Below are positions 52,414-60,569 of a DNA stretch of 64,000 nucleotides, in pieces (within the stretch, counting starts at the first letter, position 1; each line of letters starts with the position of its first letter). The notes beneath the pieces were generated by a model. The model saw nothing but the letters and a program-made list of their open reading frames with translations. It was not told the origin of the DNA and searched no databases. The DNA is from Chloroflexota bacterium (GTDB taxonomy: Bacteria; Chloroflexota; UBA11872; UBA12225). The stretch is from assembly GCA_034437795.1 (NCBI GenBank), contig DAOTTI010000137.1, positions 496-64,495 on the forward strand. The letters are read 5' to 3'. Both the position numbers and the translations under genes were made by a program.

Positions 52414-53937
52414 GTGGAGTACTCACTGAAGATCGATCCTGACCGCCGCCTTGGGGCGGTGAACCCGCTCGTGTTCGGGCACTTCATCGAGCATCTGGGG
52501 CGCTGCATCTATGGAGGCGTCTTCGACCCCGGATCGCGCCTGGCCGACGAGCGGGGCTTCCGCACAGACGTGCTCGCCGCGATGCGCAAGATCGGCGTGC
52601 CGGTGCTGCGCTGGCCGGGCGGCAACTTCGCCAGCAATTACCACTGGGAAGACGGAATTGGCCCGCGCGAGCAGCGCCCGGCGCGCTTCGACCTCGCCTG
52701 GCGGAGCGTCGAGCCGAACACCTTTGGCACGGAGGAGTTCCTGGCCTACTGCGACGCCCTGTCCACGGAGGCCGTGCCTTGCCGGCCGTACATCTGCCTC
52801 AACACCGGTACGGGGACGCTCGATGAGGCGGTACGCTGGCTGGAATATTGCAACCTGGACGCGGAACGGTTCCCTACCTATCACGCCCGCTGGCGCCACC
52901 GGCTGGGGCGTACCGAGCCGTACCGCGTGCCGTTCTGGGGGATCGGAAACGAGGTGTACGGCGCCTGGCAGGTGGGGCACTCGACGGCCGAGGCCTATGG
53001 CCAGCGGTGCGTGCAGTGGGCCCGCTTCCTGAAGGCAGTCGATCCGTCCATCAAGGTGGTGGCCGTCGGCGCCAATAACCCGGACTGGGACCTGGAGGTG
53101 CTCAAGCGCGCCGGCATGGTGATCGACTACATCTCCAATCACCAGTACTACGGTAATGACGATTACTATGGCACGGTGGGCGCCGCCGCCGCGGTCGAAC
53201 GCCGGCTCAAGCTCCTGTGCAGCGTGGTGGAGGTCGCCGAGGGGATGTTGCAGCTCGATGGCCCGATCGAGATCGCCTTCGACGAGTGGAACATCTGGTA
53301 CCGCGCCCGCAGCCGGCCCTGGGAGGAGTTCTATGCCCTGAAGGATGCGATCTTCGCGGCCGGCACCTTCAACGCGCTGTACCGGCTGTGTCGGCGGGTG
53401 ACCATGGCCAACCTGGCGCAGATGGTAAATGCCCTGGGCATGCTCCACACCACGCCTAGCTCCCTTGTGCTCAGCCCCATCTACCACGTGTTCGACCTCT
53501 ACGCCAACCACACCGGGCGGACCGTCCTGGATACCGCCCTTCAGCCGGAGGACGCCGCAGCGCGCGAGACGTTCTCGGCCGACATCGCCGTGCACGTGTA
53601 CGGCCGGCCGAAGCCTGCGCCCCGCATCATCAAGGGCGTGCCGTACGTGGACGTGGTGGCTACCCTCCGCGCGCCCGACGACCACCTCTGCCTGGCGGCC
53701 GTCAACCGGCACCGGTCGGAGACGGCGACGCTGCGGCTCGACCTGGGGCCGCTCCAGGCGCAGGCGGCCCACGCCCGCGCCGACCTCTACGAGCTCACCG
53801 GCCCCGATCCGATGCAGCAGAACACTGTTGAGCAGCCAGACGCGGTGGCGCCCACGCACCGGCGCCTGGATGAGCTTCCCGCCGTCCTGCGGCTCGCCCC
53901 GTGCTCGGTCACCGTGGTGGAGTGGACCTGGCCGTAG
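52414..53937 (+). CDS. abfA: Alpha-L-arabinofuranosidase, glycoside hydrolase family 51
   Basis: FGHFIEHLGRCIYGGVF..LRWPGGNFASNYHWEDGIGP..FGTEEF..WGIGNEVYGAWQVGH. AAAGGAGG precedes GTG 52414. Confidence 0.85.
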   Translation: MEYSLKIDPDRRLGAVNPLVFGHFIEHLGRCIYGGVFDPGSRLADERGFRTDVLAAMRKIGVPVLRWPGGNFASNYHWEDGIGPREQRPARFDLAWRSVEPNTFGTEEFLAYCDALSTEAVPCRPYICLNTGTGTLDEAVRWLEYCNLDAERFPTYHARWRHRLGRTEPYRVPFWGIGNEVYGAWQVGHSTAEAYGQRCVQWARFLKAVDPSIKVVAVGANNPDWDLEVLKRAGMVIDYISNHQYYGNDDYYGTVGAAAAVERRLKLLCSVVEVAEGMLQLDGPIEIAFDEWNIWYRARSRPWEEFYALKDAIFAAGTFNALYRLCRRVTMANLAQMVNALGMLHTTPSSLVLSPIYHVFDLYANHTGRTVLDTALQPEDAAARETFSADIAVHVYGRPKPAPRIIKGVPYVDVVATLRAPDDHLCLAAVNRHRSETATLRLDLGPLQAQAAHARADLYELTGPDPMQQNTVEQPDAVAPTHRRLDELPAVLRLAPCSVTVVEWTWP

Positions 53938-53944
53938 CCGGTCC

Positions 53945-54060
53945 TGAGGGTGTCGCCCCTTGCCCCCGCCGCCCCTCTCCGACACGGAGACGCGGGGAGC
54001 AGCCCTCACCCCCTGGCCCCTCTCCCGCACGCGGGAGCGGGGGAACGAGGGCAGTGGGCT
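53945..54060. repeat. Family-B hairpins
   Basis: GCCCCTCTCCGACACGGAGACGCGGGGAGCAGCCCTCACCCCCTGGCCCCTCTCCCGCACGCGGGAGCGGGGGAACGAGGGC. Confidence 0.8.
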
Positions 54061-54183
54061 GGCGCCGTCGTGAGGTTTTGCAGATGGATGCGCCGGTGGC
54101 GCTCGGCGCCGCGCCGTGCGGGACGTGCTACCCTACCCGGCTTGCGACCGGCACCGCCATGAGCCGGCGCCGAAAGGAGGTCA

Positions 54184-55857
54184 GTGATCCTGTCCAGCGA
54201 GCGCCCTAATATCCTGCTCATCATGAGCGACCAGCACCGCGGCGACTGCCTGGACTTCGCCGTCCAGGCGAACGGCAGCCGTGTCGCCGTGCAGACGCCC
54301 CACCTGCGCCGGCTGGCGCAAGAAGGGGTGTGGTTCCCCCGCTTCTACTCCGAATCGCCGGTCTGCGTGCCCGCCCGCGCCATTCTGCAGACAGGGATGC
54401 TGCCGCACCGGCTGGGGATGTACAGCAACGCCGACATCCTGCCGGAGGACCACCCCACCCTGGCCGGCTGCCTTGCCGCCAGCGGGTACTTCTGCCAGGC
54501 CATCGGCAAGATGCACTTCCGGCCGGTCCGTGCCCATCACGGGCTGCACCGCCTGTGGCTCTCCGAAGAGATCCCGTATGCGCTCGAGGAGGACGAGTTC
54601 CTGCAGTTCCTCGTCGCCGCCGGCTACGGCCACGTCGAGGAGCCGAACGGCATCCGCCACGAGCTCTACGAGCTGCCGCAGCCCAGCCAGCTGCCGGAGA
54701 CGCACCACACCACCGCCTGGACCGGCCGCCAGACCATCGCCTTCCTGCGCGAGCACGTCCGCGAGCGTCCAGAGCAGCCCTTCTTCTGCTGGACCAGCTT
54801 CCAGAAACCACACCCGCCGTACGAGCCGCCCGTCCCGTGGCACCGGCTGTACCGGCCGGCAATGGCCCCCGCGCCGATCCGGCATCTGGACGAGTTTGCC
54901 TGGCTCCCCGGTAGCGTGCGGGCCGGCGTCGCCCAGGGCCATTATCCCGATGTTGACCGTCTGGCGACGATGTGGAGCTACTATTTCGGCTCCATCTCCT
55001 TCATTGACTCTTGGATCGGAATGATCCTGGATGAGCTGGAGGACCTTGGGCTCCGCGAGCGCACGATCGTCGTCTACACCGCGGACCACGGCGAGCTGAT
55101 GGGCGACCATTGGCTGTTCGGGAAGAGCCGCTTCTACGAGCAGTCGGCCTGCATCCCTGGCCTGATCTCCTGGCCGGCGGGACTGCCCCGCGGGGTGGTG
55201 CGCGAGCAGCTAGCCGGACTGGCCGACATCGTGCCTACGCTGCTGGATGCCGCCGGCGTCGATCCTGAGCCACACGGCCTACGCCCGGACGGCATGAGCC
55301 TGCTGGAGACAGCCCGCAGCGGCGCCCCGACGCGCGACGTGCTGATCGGCCAGGTCGGGCGTGGCCCGCAGGCACACCTGATGGCGCTGAGCCAGGACTG
55401 GAAGTACGTCTACGACGCCGGCCAGAACCGCGAGCTGCTGTTCCGCTACCGCGGTGAGGCGCCGGAACTGCTGGATTACCTGGCGACAGGCGACGGCGCT
55501 GCCCGCGACGCGGCCGCGACGCTGCGCCGCGCGCTGCAGGAGCGCTACCAGGCTGACGGGGTCACGGAGGTGCTCGACGCGTCGACGCCCACTGGGTTCC
55601 GTCTCTATCCGGCGCGCGTCATGCCGTATCGCCGCGCGGCGCCGAGCGGCGTGCGGCAGCAGAACGAGCAGTACGCGCGCTGGATCCAGCGCCTGCCTGA
55701 GGGCTGGACGCCGCCGCCCCCGTCACCCGAGGGTGCTATTCCGCCGGACCTGCCCCTGCGCTCGGATCGCTCGCGCTACACCTGGCCGCCCCTGCCGCCG
55801 GTCACACCGCCCCGCATGGCTGAGCCGGCGCGCGGGTCAAGCCGGCCGGGGATTTAG
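54184..55857 (+). CDS. Sulfatase (canonical Cys-type formylglycine motif)
   Basis: NILLIMSDQHRGDCL..SESPVCVPARAILQTGM gives C-x-P-x-R. ..YTADHGELMGDH follows. AAAGGAGG precedes GTG 54184. Confidence 0.85.
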   Translation: MILSSERPNILLIMSDQHRGDCLDFAVQANGSRVAVQTPHLRRLAQEGVWFPRFYSESPVCVPARAILQTGMLPHRLGMYSNADILPEDHPTLAGCLAASGYFCQAIGKMHFRPVRAHHGLHRLWLSEEIPYALEEDEFLQFLVAAGYGHVEEPNGIRHELYELPQPSQLPETHHTTAWTGRQTIAFLREHVRERPEQPFFCWTSFQKPHPPYEPPVPWHRLYRPAMAPAPIRHLDEFAWLPGSVRAGVAQGHYPDVDRLATMWSYYFGSISFIDSWIGMILDELEDLGLRERTIVVYTADHGELMGDHWLFGKSRFYEQSACIPGLISWPAGLPRGVVREQLAGLADIVPTLLDAAGVDPEPHGLRPDGMSLLETARSGAPTRDVLIGQVGRGPQAHLMALSQDWKYVYDAGQNRELLFRYRGEAPELLDYLATGDGAARDAAATLRRALQERYQADGVTEVLDASTPTGFRLYPARVMPYRRAAPSGVRQQNEQYARWIQRLPEGWTPPPPSPEGAIPPDLPLRSDRSRYTWPPLPPVTPPRMAEPARGSSRPGI

Positions 55858-55924
55858 CGTCACGAGCGGGACGGCGGTAGTGCCCTGGGGTGCGCGCAGA
55901 ACGTCCGGATCGGCTGTGGCGGCG

Positions 55925-56310
55925 GACCGGGGCGGGGACAGCCCTCACCCCCTTCGGGCGGGGCCGCGCCGGGAGGGGAGGACGGACCTCACCCCCTAGC
56001 GCCCTCTCCGTGTCGGAGAGGGGGAACGACGGCCAGGGCCGTCCGGGTTGGCCGCGCTGCCTCCGCTCCGGCACAGACAGGTGGACGAGAGCCGGGGCGC
56101 CGTGCGGCGTGGCCAGGAGGGGAGGACGGACGTCACCCCCTTGGGCCGGGGCCGCGCTGCCTCCGCTCCGACGCGGATGCGGGGAACGACGGCCAAGGCC
56201 GAGCGCCATCCGGACCTGTTACGCACGCGCGTGCCCCCGCGGGGCCGAGTGGAGGGAGTAGGAAGTAGCGCGTGGCGAGGGCCGAGTAGCGCGTGGCGAG
56301 TAGCGCGGGA
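55925..56310. repeat. Family-B mosaic array followed by a GAGTAGCGCGTGGC 14-mer/heptamer array
   Basis: CCCTCACCCCCTTCGGGCGGGGCCGCGCCGGGAGG..GGACCTCACCCCCTAGCGCCCTCTCCGTGTCGGAGAGGGGGAACGACGGCCAGGGCC..GGCCGCGCTGCCTCCGCTCCG (twice)..GAGCGCCATCCGGACC. CCGAGTAGCGCGTGGCGAGTAGCGCGGG lies at 56281-56309. Confidence 0.85.
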
Positions 56311-56520
56311 TCCGCACCCCGCGCCCCGAGTGTGAGTCGGAGGTAGGACGAGCAGCAGGTAAAAAAGACGAGGCCTGGCGTGACGGGTCCGGGCAAGCGA
56401 GCCACCCCAGGCTAAGGCAGGAGGGGTACGCGGGGTGCTGGCGTGCCGCGGAGGGTTATGGGGTTGCGTGGGAAGGAGAGGATAGGTAGGTACCAAGGAA
56501 AAAAGGAGAGGAGGCCTGCG

Positions 56521-57717
56521 ATGAAGATCAAGGAGGTGCGCGCCGTCGAGCTGGACCTGCCCCGCACGCCGCCCAAGACGGCGCCGCGCCGGCCAAGCTG
56601 GGCCAGCTCCGCCCCGCGGGGCCTGCCGATGAACAAGTATCCCGAGTTTCCGCCCCTGCCGGGCCGTTCTCCGGGCATCGGGACGCCGGTGGCCGGCGGC
56701 CAGGTGTGGGTGCAGGTCACGGCGGAGGACGGCACGTGGGGGCTCGGGCGCTGCGGCTTCGGCGCACCGGTGGCGGCGCTGGTCGACCATCACTTCGCTC
56801 CGCTGCTCGTCGGGCGCGACTGCTTCGCCCACGAGTACCTGAATGATCTGATGTGGCGCTCGTCGTTGCGCCACGGGGCGCAAGGCCTGAACGCGGTGGC
56901 GCAGAGCGGGATCGACCTGGCGCTGTGGGACCTGAAGGGGAAACTGCTCGGCCAGCCCGTCTATCGCCTGCTCGGTGGCCCGGCGCGCGATCGCATTCGG
57001 TGCTACATCACCAGTGACGATCTGGACTGGTCGCTGGAGCTCGGCTTCCAGGCCTTTAAGATCAGCAATCCGGCGCACTACGAGCAGGGGATTGAGGGGA
57101 TCAACCGCGTGGAGGAGCACGTCGCCAGGGCGCGGGAGACGGTCGGTCGGGGGGCCGAGCTGATGCTCAATCCGGTGATGGCCTTCGACGTGGAATTCAC
57201 CATCCGGCTGGCCGAGCGCCTGCGCCCGTATGAGCTGCGCTGGCTGGAGGAGCCGCTGATCCCCGACGATTTAGAGGGCCACGCGCAGCTGGCGCGGGCC
57301 GTTACCTGGATCCCGCTGGCCACCGGTGAGGATCACCATACACGCTGGGCCTTCCGGCCCCTGATCGAGCGCCGCTGCGTCGCGGTGGTCCAGCCGGACC
57401 TGCACTGGTGCGGCGGCCTGACCGAAGCGGTGCGGATCTACCACATCGCCGAGGCGGCGGGGCTCAAGACGGTGCTGCACGGCGGCGCCGGGTCGGCTGA
57501 AGGGCAGCACTTCTCGTTCGCCTTTCCTGAGGTGCCCCTGGCCGAATACCACTGTAGCTCTCCGGTGGGCGTGCCATTGGCGGAGGTAGCCCGCGTGCCG
57601 GGCACGCCGGTGCCGCAGGATGGATACGTCGTCCCCAGCGATGCGCCCGGGTTCGGGATGGAGATCAGGGACGAGTGGATTCGGCCATGGGATTACTCAC
57701 GGCTCGTGCGCCGGTAG
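56521..57717 (+). CDS. Enolase-superfamily dehydratase, L-rhamnonate dehydratase-like
   Basis: MKIKEVRAVEL, a long N-terminal insert containing MNKYPEF, then SGIDLALWDLKGKLLGQPVYRLLGG..RWLEEPLIPDD..QPDLHWCGG. AAGGAGAGGAGG lies upstream. The subgroup call is tentative. Confidence 0.8.
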   Translation: MKIKEVRAVELDLPRTPPKTAPRRPSWASSAPRGLPMNKYPEFPPLPGRSPGIGTPVAGGQVWVQVTAEDGTWGLGRCGFGAPVAALVDHHFAPLLVGRDCFAHEYLNDLMWRSSLRHGAQGLNAVAQSGIDLALWDLKGKLLGQPVYRLLGGPARDRIRCYITSDDLDWSLELGFQAFKISNPAHYEQGIEGINRVEEHVARARETVGRGAELMLNPVMAFDVEFTIRLAERLRPYELRWLEEPLIPDDLEGHAQLARAVTWIPLATGEDHHTRWAFRPLIERRCVAVVQPDLHWCGGLTEAVRIYHIAEAAGLKTVLHGGAGSAEGQHFSFAFPEVPLAEYHCSSPVGVPLAEVARVPGTPVPQDGYVVPSDAPGFGMEIRDEWIRPWDYSRLVRR

Positions 57718-57759
57718 GCACCGGTTGTTCCCAGCACTTCCGGATCAGCGGCCGCAGCA

Positions 57760-58010
57760 GATTCCACCCCCCTTGGGCCGGGGCCGCGCCGCGAGGGACG
57801 AAAGACCTCACCCCCTAGCCCCCTCTCCGACACGGAGCGGGAGAACGACGGCCACGGCCGTGCCGCTGGGCCCCGCCGCCCCCGCTCCGACATGGAGCGG
57901 GAGAACGACGGCCACGGCCGTGCGGGTCGGCCGCGCTGCCTCCGCTCCGACGCGGCGAGGGGGAACGACGGCCAGGGCCTGGCGCCATCCGGAACTCTGG
58001 CGCACGCCCA
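57760..58010. repeat. Family-B array with three units at an exact 60-nt period
   Basis: CTCCGACA(C/T)GGAGCGGGAGAACGACGGCCACGGCCGTGC occurs at 57825 and 57885. The diverged third copy is CTCCGACGCGGCGAGGGGGAACGACGGCCAGGGCC at 57945. The array ends with TGGCGCCATCCGGAAC. Confidence 0.85.
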
Positions 58011-58151
58011 AAGGTGCCGGCGCGCCGGCGAACGCACTCCTTACGGCTCTCCCGCGCGGCACAGAAAGTGCGTTGCAACTTCTTGTCGTGAGGCCGGGGA
58101 CCGGCCGGACGGCCTCCGACAACGATACCTGCCTCAAAGGAGAGTGTGTGC

Positions 58152-58694
58152 ATGTTGAGATGGCTACTCGCCCTCACCCTGGTGACGGGGTGGCTCGGGA
58201 TGGGACTGGCCTTTCCTGTGGCGGCCGCGGCCCAGGCGGAAGCACCGGAGCTCCAGGCGAACCCGTTAAAAGACGTACCCATAACCGGCGTCATTGACGG
58301 GGTCGGCACGATCACCGGTATGTTCACCGTCGAGCAGTTCGACGTGGTCAATGGCCGGCTGGTGGCACGCGGGGCGTTCACTGGCCAGGTGAAGAACGCC
58401 GCCGGCAACGTGCTGGGGACGTTCACCAGCTTCCCGCTCACGCTGCCGGTGACCAACGCGCAGCAAGGGGAGACGTGCGAGATCCTGCATCTAGAGCTGG
58501 GTCCGCTCGACCTCGACCTGCTGGGACTGGTGGTGCACCTCGACAGAGTGGTCCTGGACATCACGGCCCAGGCGGGCCCGGGCAAGCTGCTCGGCAACCT
58601 GCTCTGTGGCATCGCGCACCTGCTCGATGACACGAACGCCTCGCCAAACGCCATTGCAGCCAGGCTGAACCAGCTACTGCGCGAGCTCAGCTAG
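58152..58694 (+). CDS. Secreted hypothetical protein
   Basis: The signal peptide is MLRWLLALTLVTGWLGMGLAFPVAAAAQA. The conserved-looking core is CEILHLELGPLDLDLLGLVVHLDRVVLDITAQAGPGKLLGNLLCGIAHLL. AAAGGAGAG lies 6 nt before the ATG. Confidence 0.65.
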   Translation: MLRWLLALTLVTGWLGMGLAFPVAAAAQAEAPELQANPLKDVPITGVIDGVGTITGMFTVEQFDVVNGRLVARGAFTGQVKNAAGNVLGTFTSFPLTLPVTNAQQGETCEILHLELGPLDLDLLGLVVHLDRVVLDITAQAGPGKLLGNLLCGIAHLLDDTNASPNAIAARLNQLLRELS

Positions 58695-58800
58695 CCACCG
58701 CTAGCCAGGCTCTCGCAGCAGCGACGCCCTCTCCCTCGTTGCTCGTCCAGGGCTTCCGGCAGGGGTCCGGCGGCGGGAGGGAGAGGGCGTGGTTCGTCAG

Positions 58801-58965
58801 GGGAGCCCTCACCCTAACCCTCCCCCAAAGGGAGAGGGAACTTCAAGTGGGGCCCTCACCCCGGCCCTCGCCCTTTGGGCGAGGGCACGCTTTGCCGAAG
58901 TAGCCTTCACCCTAACCCTCTCCCACAGGGAGAGGGGACTTTCTCCCAGAGGGAGAGAGGAACTG
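58801..58965. repeat. Family-A hairpins (4 copies)
   Basis: GGGAGCCCTCACCCTAACCCTCCCCCAAAGGGAGAGGGAAC, GGGCCCTCACCCCGGCCCTCGCCCTTTGGGCGAGGGC, GTAGCCTTCACCCTAACCCTCTCCCACAGGGAGAGGGGAC, and CTCCCAGAGGGAGAGAGGAAC. Confidence 0.85.
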
Positions 58966-58988
58966 GTCGCTGGCGAGGGAGCAGCCGG

Positions 58989-60536
58989 TTAGCGCTGGTG
59001 GCGAGGCGGGCGCCGTGATCCGGCCTGGCGCGCCAGCTTCTCGATCTGCCGGCGGGCGCGTACCTGTTCGGTGACGTCCACGCCGTAGACGAGGACGCCG
59101 TCGATGCGCCCGTCGGCGGTGCGGTACGGCTGGAGCACCACGTTCAGGAAGGCCTCGTCGAGGGTGCCGTCTCCCGACCGGTCGATGGGCACACGGACCT
59201 CGTGGCCGACGTAAGATTCGCCAGTCTGGTAGACCTGGTCCAGCAGGGCGAGATAGCTCTCCGGCACGCCGGTAGCCAGGGTGTCGCGCACCGGCTTGCC
59301 CAGCAGGGCAGCGGCGTCGCGCTGGCCCATCAGCCGGACGTAGGGTGGGTTGGCAAACTCGTAGATGTGGTCCGGCCCACGCAGTACGGCCAGGAAGGCC
59401 GGCGCCTGAACGAACAGGTCGCGCAGCCGGCGACGCTCCGCCTCCGCTTCAGCGAGCGCACGGTCGCGGGCCTCCGCGACTTCGCGCAGGGCGCTGTTCA
59501 AGGCCCCGTAGGCCTCCTCCCGCTCGCGCACCTCTTGGAAGAGCCGCGCATGCTCGATGGCCAGGGCACACCGGCGCGCGATCTCCTCCGCCAGCTCGAT
59601 GTCGGCCGGGCTGTAGTGGCGGCCGGACTCGGCCCAGGCGAAGGTGATGGCGCCCAGAGTGTGGCCGTGCGCCACCATCGGCACGGCAATCGCTGACGTA
59701 GGGGCAAGGGCGCGCAGGAGCGCCAGGTGCGCTTCATCCCGCGCGGTCTGGGCGAGCATTTCGCCGGTGAACGACGGGAAGAACGCCGGCCGGCCAGTGC
59801 GTAACGCACGCGCCGCCGGCTGGGGCGAGTCCCACGTCGGCGAGTAGCGCTGGCGCAAGTCCTCCAGGACGGCCTGCTTGTGCGGGTCGGCGGCGGCGAC
59901 CGCCACCCGCTCGATGCGCGGCTGGTGCCCCGGGGCCGTGCCGATGATGGCGTCGGAGGCAAGGACGTCGACGATGCACCAGTCGGCGAACGCTGGCACC
60001 GCCAGGCGCGCAATATTTGTCAGCGTCGTCGTGTAGTCCAGCGAGGCGGCCAGGACCTCGCTCGTGGTATTGGCCAGGATGGCGAGCCGGTGGGCCTGGC
60101 GCCGCGCCTCCTCTTCGGCGCGAACCTGGTCGGTGACGTCCACCGCGCTGCACTGCGCGCGGACGACGCGCCCGTCGTCCCACACGGCGCTGGCGCTGAT
60201 CAGGACATGCTTGATGGTCCCATCCTGACAGCGCAGGCGCGCGGGGTACTGGCGTAACGGCTCGCCCCGCGCCAGGTGGGCCAGGATGTCGGCCGCCACA
60301 TCCGGATCGGCATGGAAGTCCGCCATGTGGCGGCCGACGAAATCCTCGGGGACGCAGCCGAGGAGGTCCAGCGCTGCCTGGTTAGCCCAGAGCAGGGAGC
60401 CGCCGGGAGCAACCCAATACAGGCTCACCGGTACGCTGGCCAGGGTATCGGTCAGTTCTTGATAGCGGAGGCGCAGCGCATCCAGCTCAGCACGCAGCTG
60501 CTGGGTGTGCGGTCGCGCCGCGCGAGTTGCGGTCAT
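58989..60536 (-). CDS. PAS - GAF - PAS sensor protein without a recognisable output domain
   Basis: PAS 1 is LLWANQAALDLLGCVPEDFVGRHMADFH. The GAF-like region is LAASLDYTTTLTNIARLAVPAFADWCIVDVL..GAITFAW. PAS 2 is YEFANPPYVRLMG..VLVYGVDVTEQV. The protein ends 25 aa after the last PAS domain. Confidence 0.75.
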   Translation of the reverse strand: MTATRAARPHTQQLRAELDALRLRYQELTDTLASVPVSLYWVAPGGSLLWANQAALDLLGCVPEDFVGRHMADFHADPDVAADILAHLARGEPLRQYPARLRCQDGTIKHVLISASAVWDDGRVVRAQCSAVDVTDQVRAEEEARRQAHRLAILANTTSEVLAASLDYTTTLTNIARLAVPAFADWCIVDVLASDAIIGTAPGHQPRIERVAVAAADPHKQAVLEDLRQRYSPTWDSPQPAARALRTGRPAFFPSFTGEMLAQTARDEAHLALLRALAPTSAIAVPMVAHGHTLGAITFAWAESGRHYSPADIELAEEIARRCALAIEHARLFQEVREREEAYGALNSALREVAEARDRALAEAEAERRRLRDLFVQAPAFLAVLRGPDHIYEFANPPYVRLMGQRDAAALLGKPVRDTLATGVPESYLALLDQVYQTGESYVGHEVRVPIDRSGDGTLDEAFLNVVLQPYRTADGRIDGVLVYGVDVTEQVRARRQIEKLARQAGSRRPPRHQR

Positions 60537-60569
60537 CGGGTCGCACCTCGTTGTGCCGGAGACGAGCGC

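Noticed and set aside
57815-57990. A possible CRISPR array, suggested by the regular 60-nt periodicity.
   Set aside because: There are only three units. The spacers are about 20 nt and are themselves repeat modules. The repeat belongs to a dispersed family found at many loci, and no cas genes are present.
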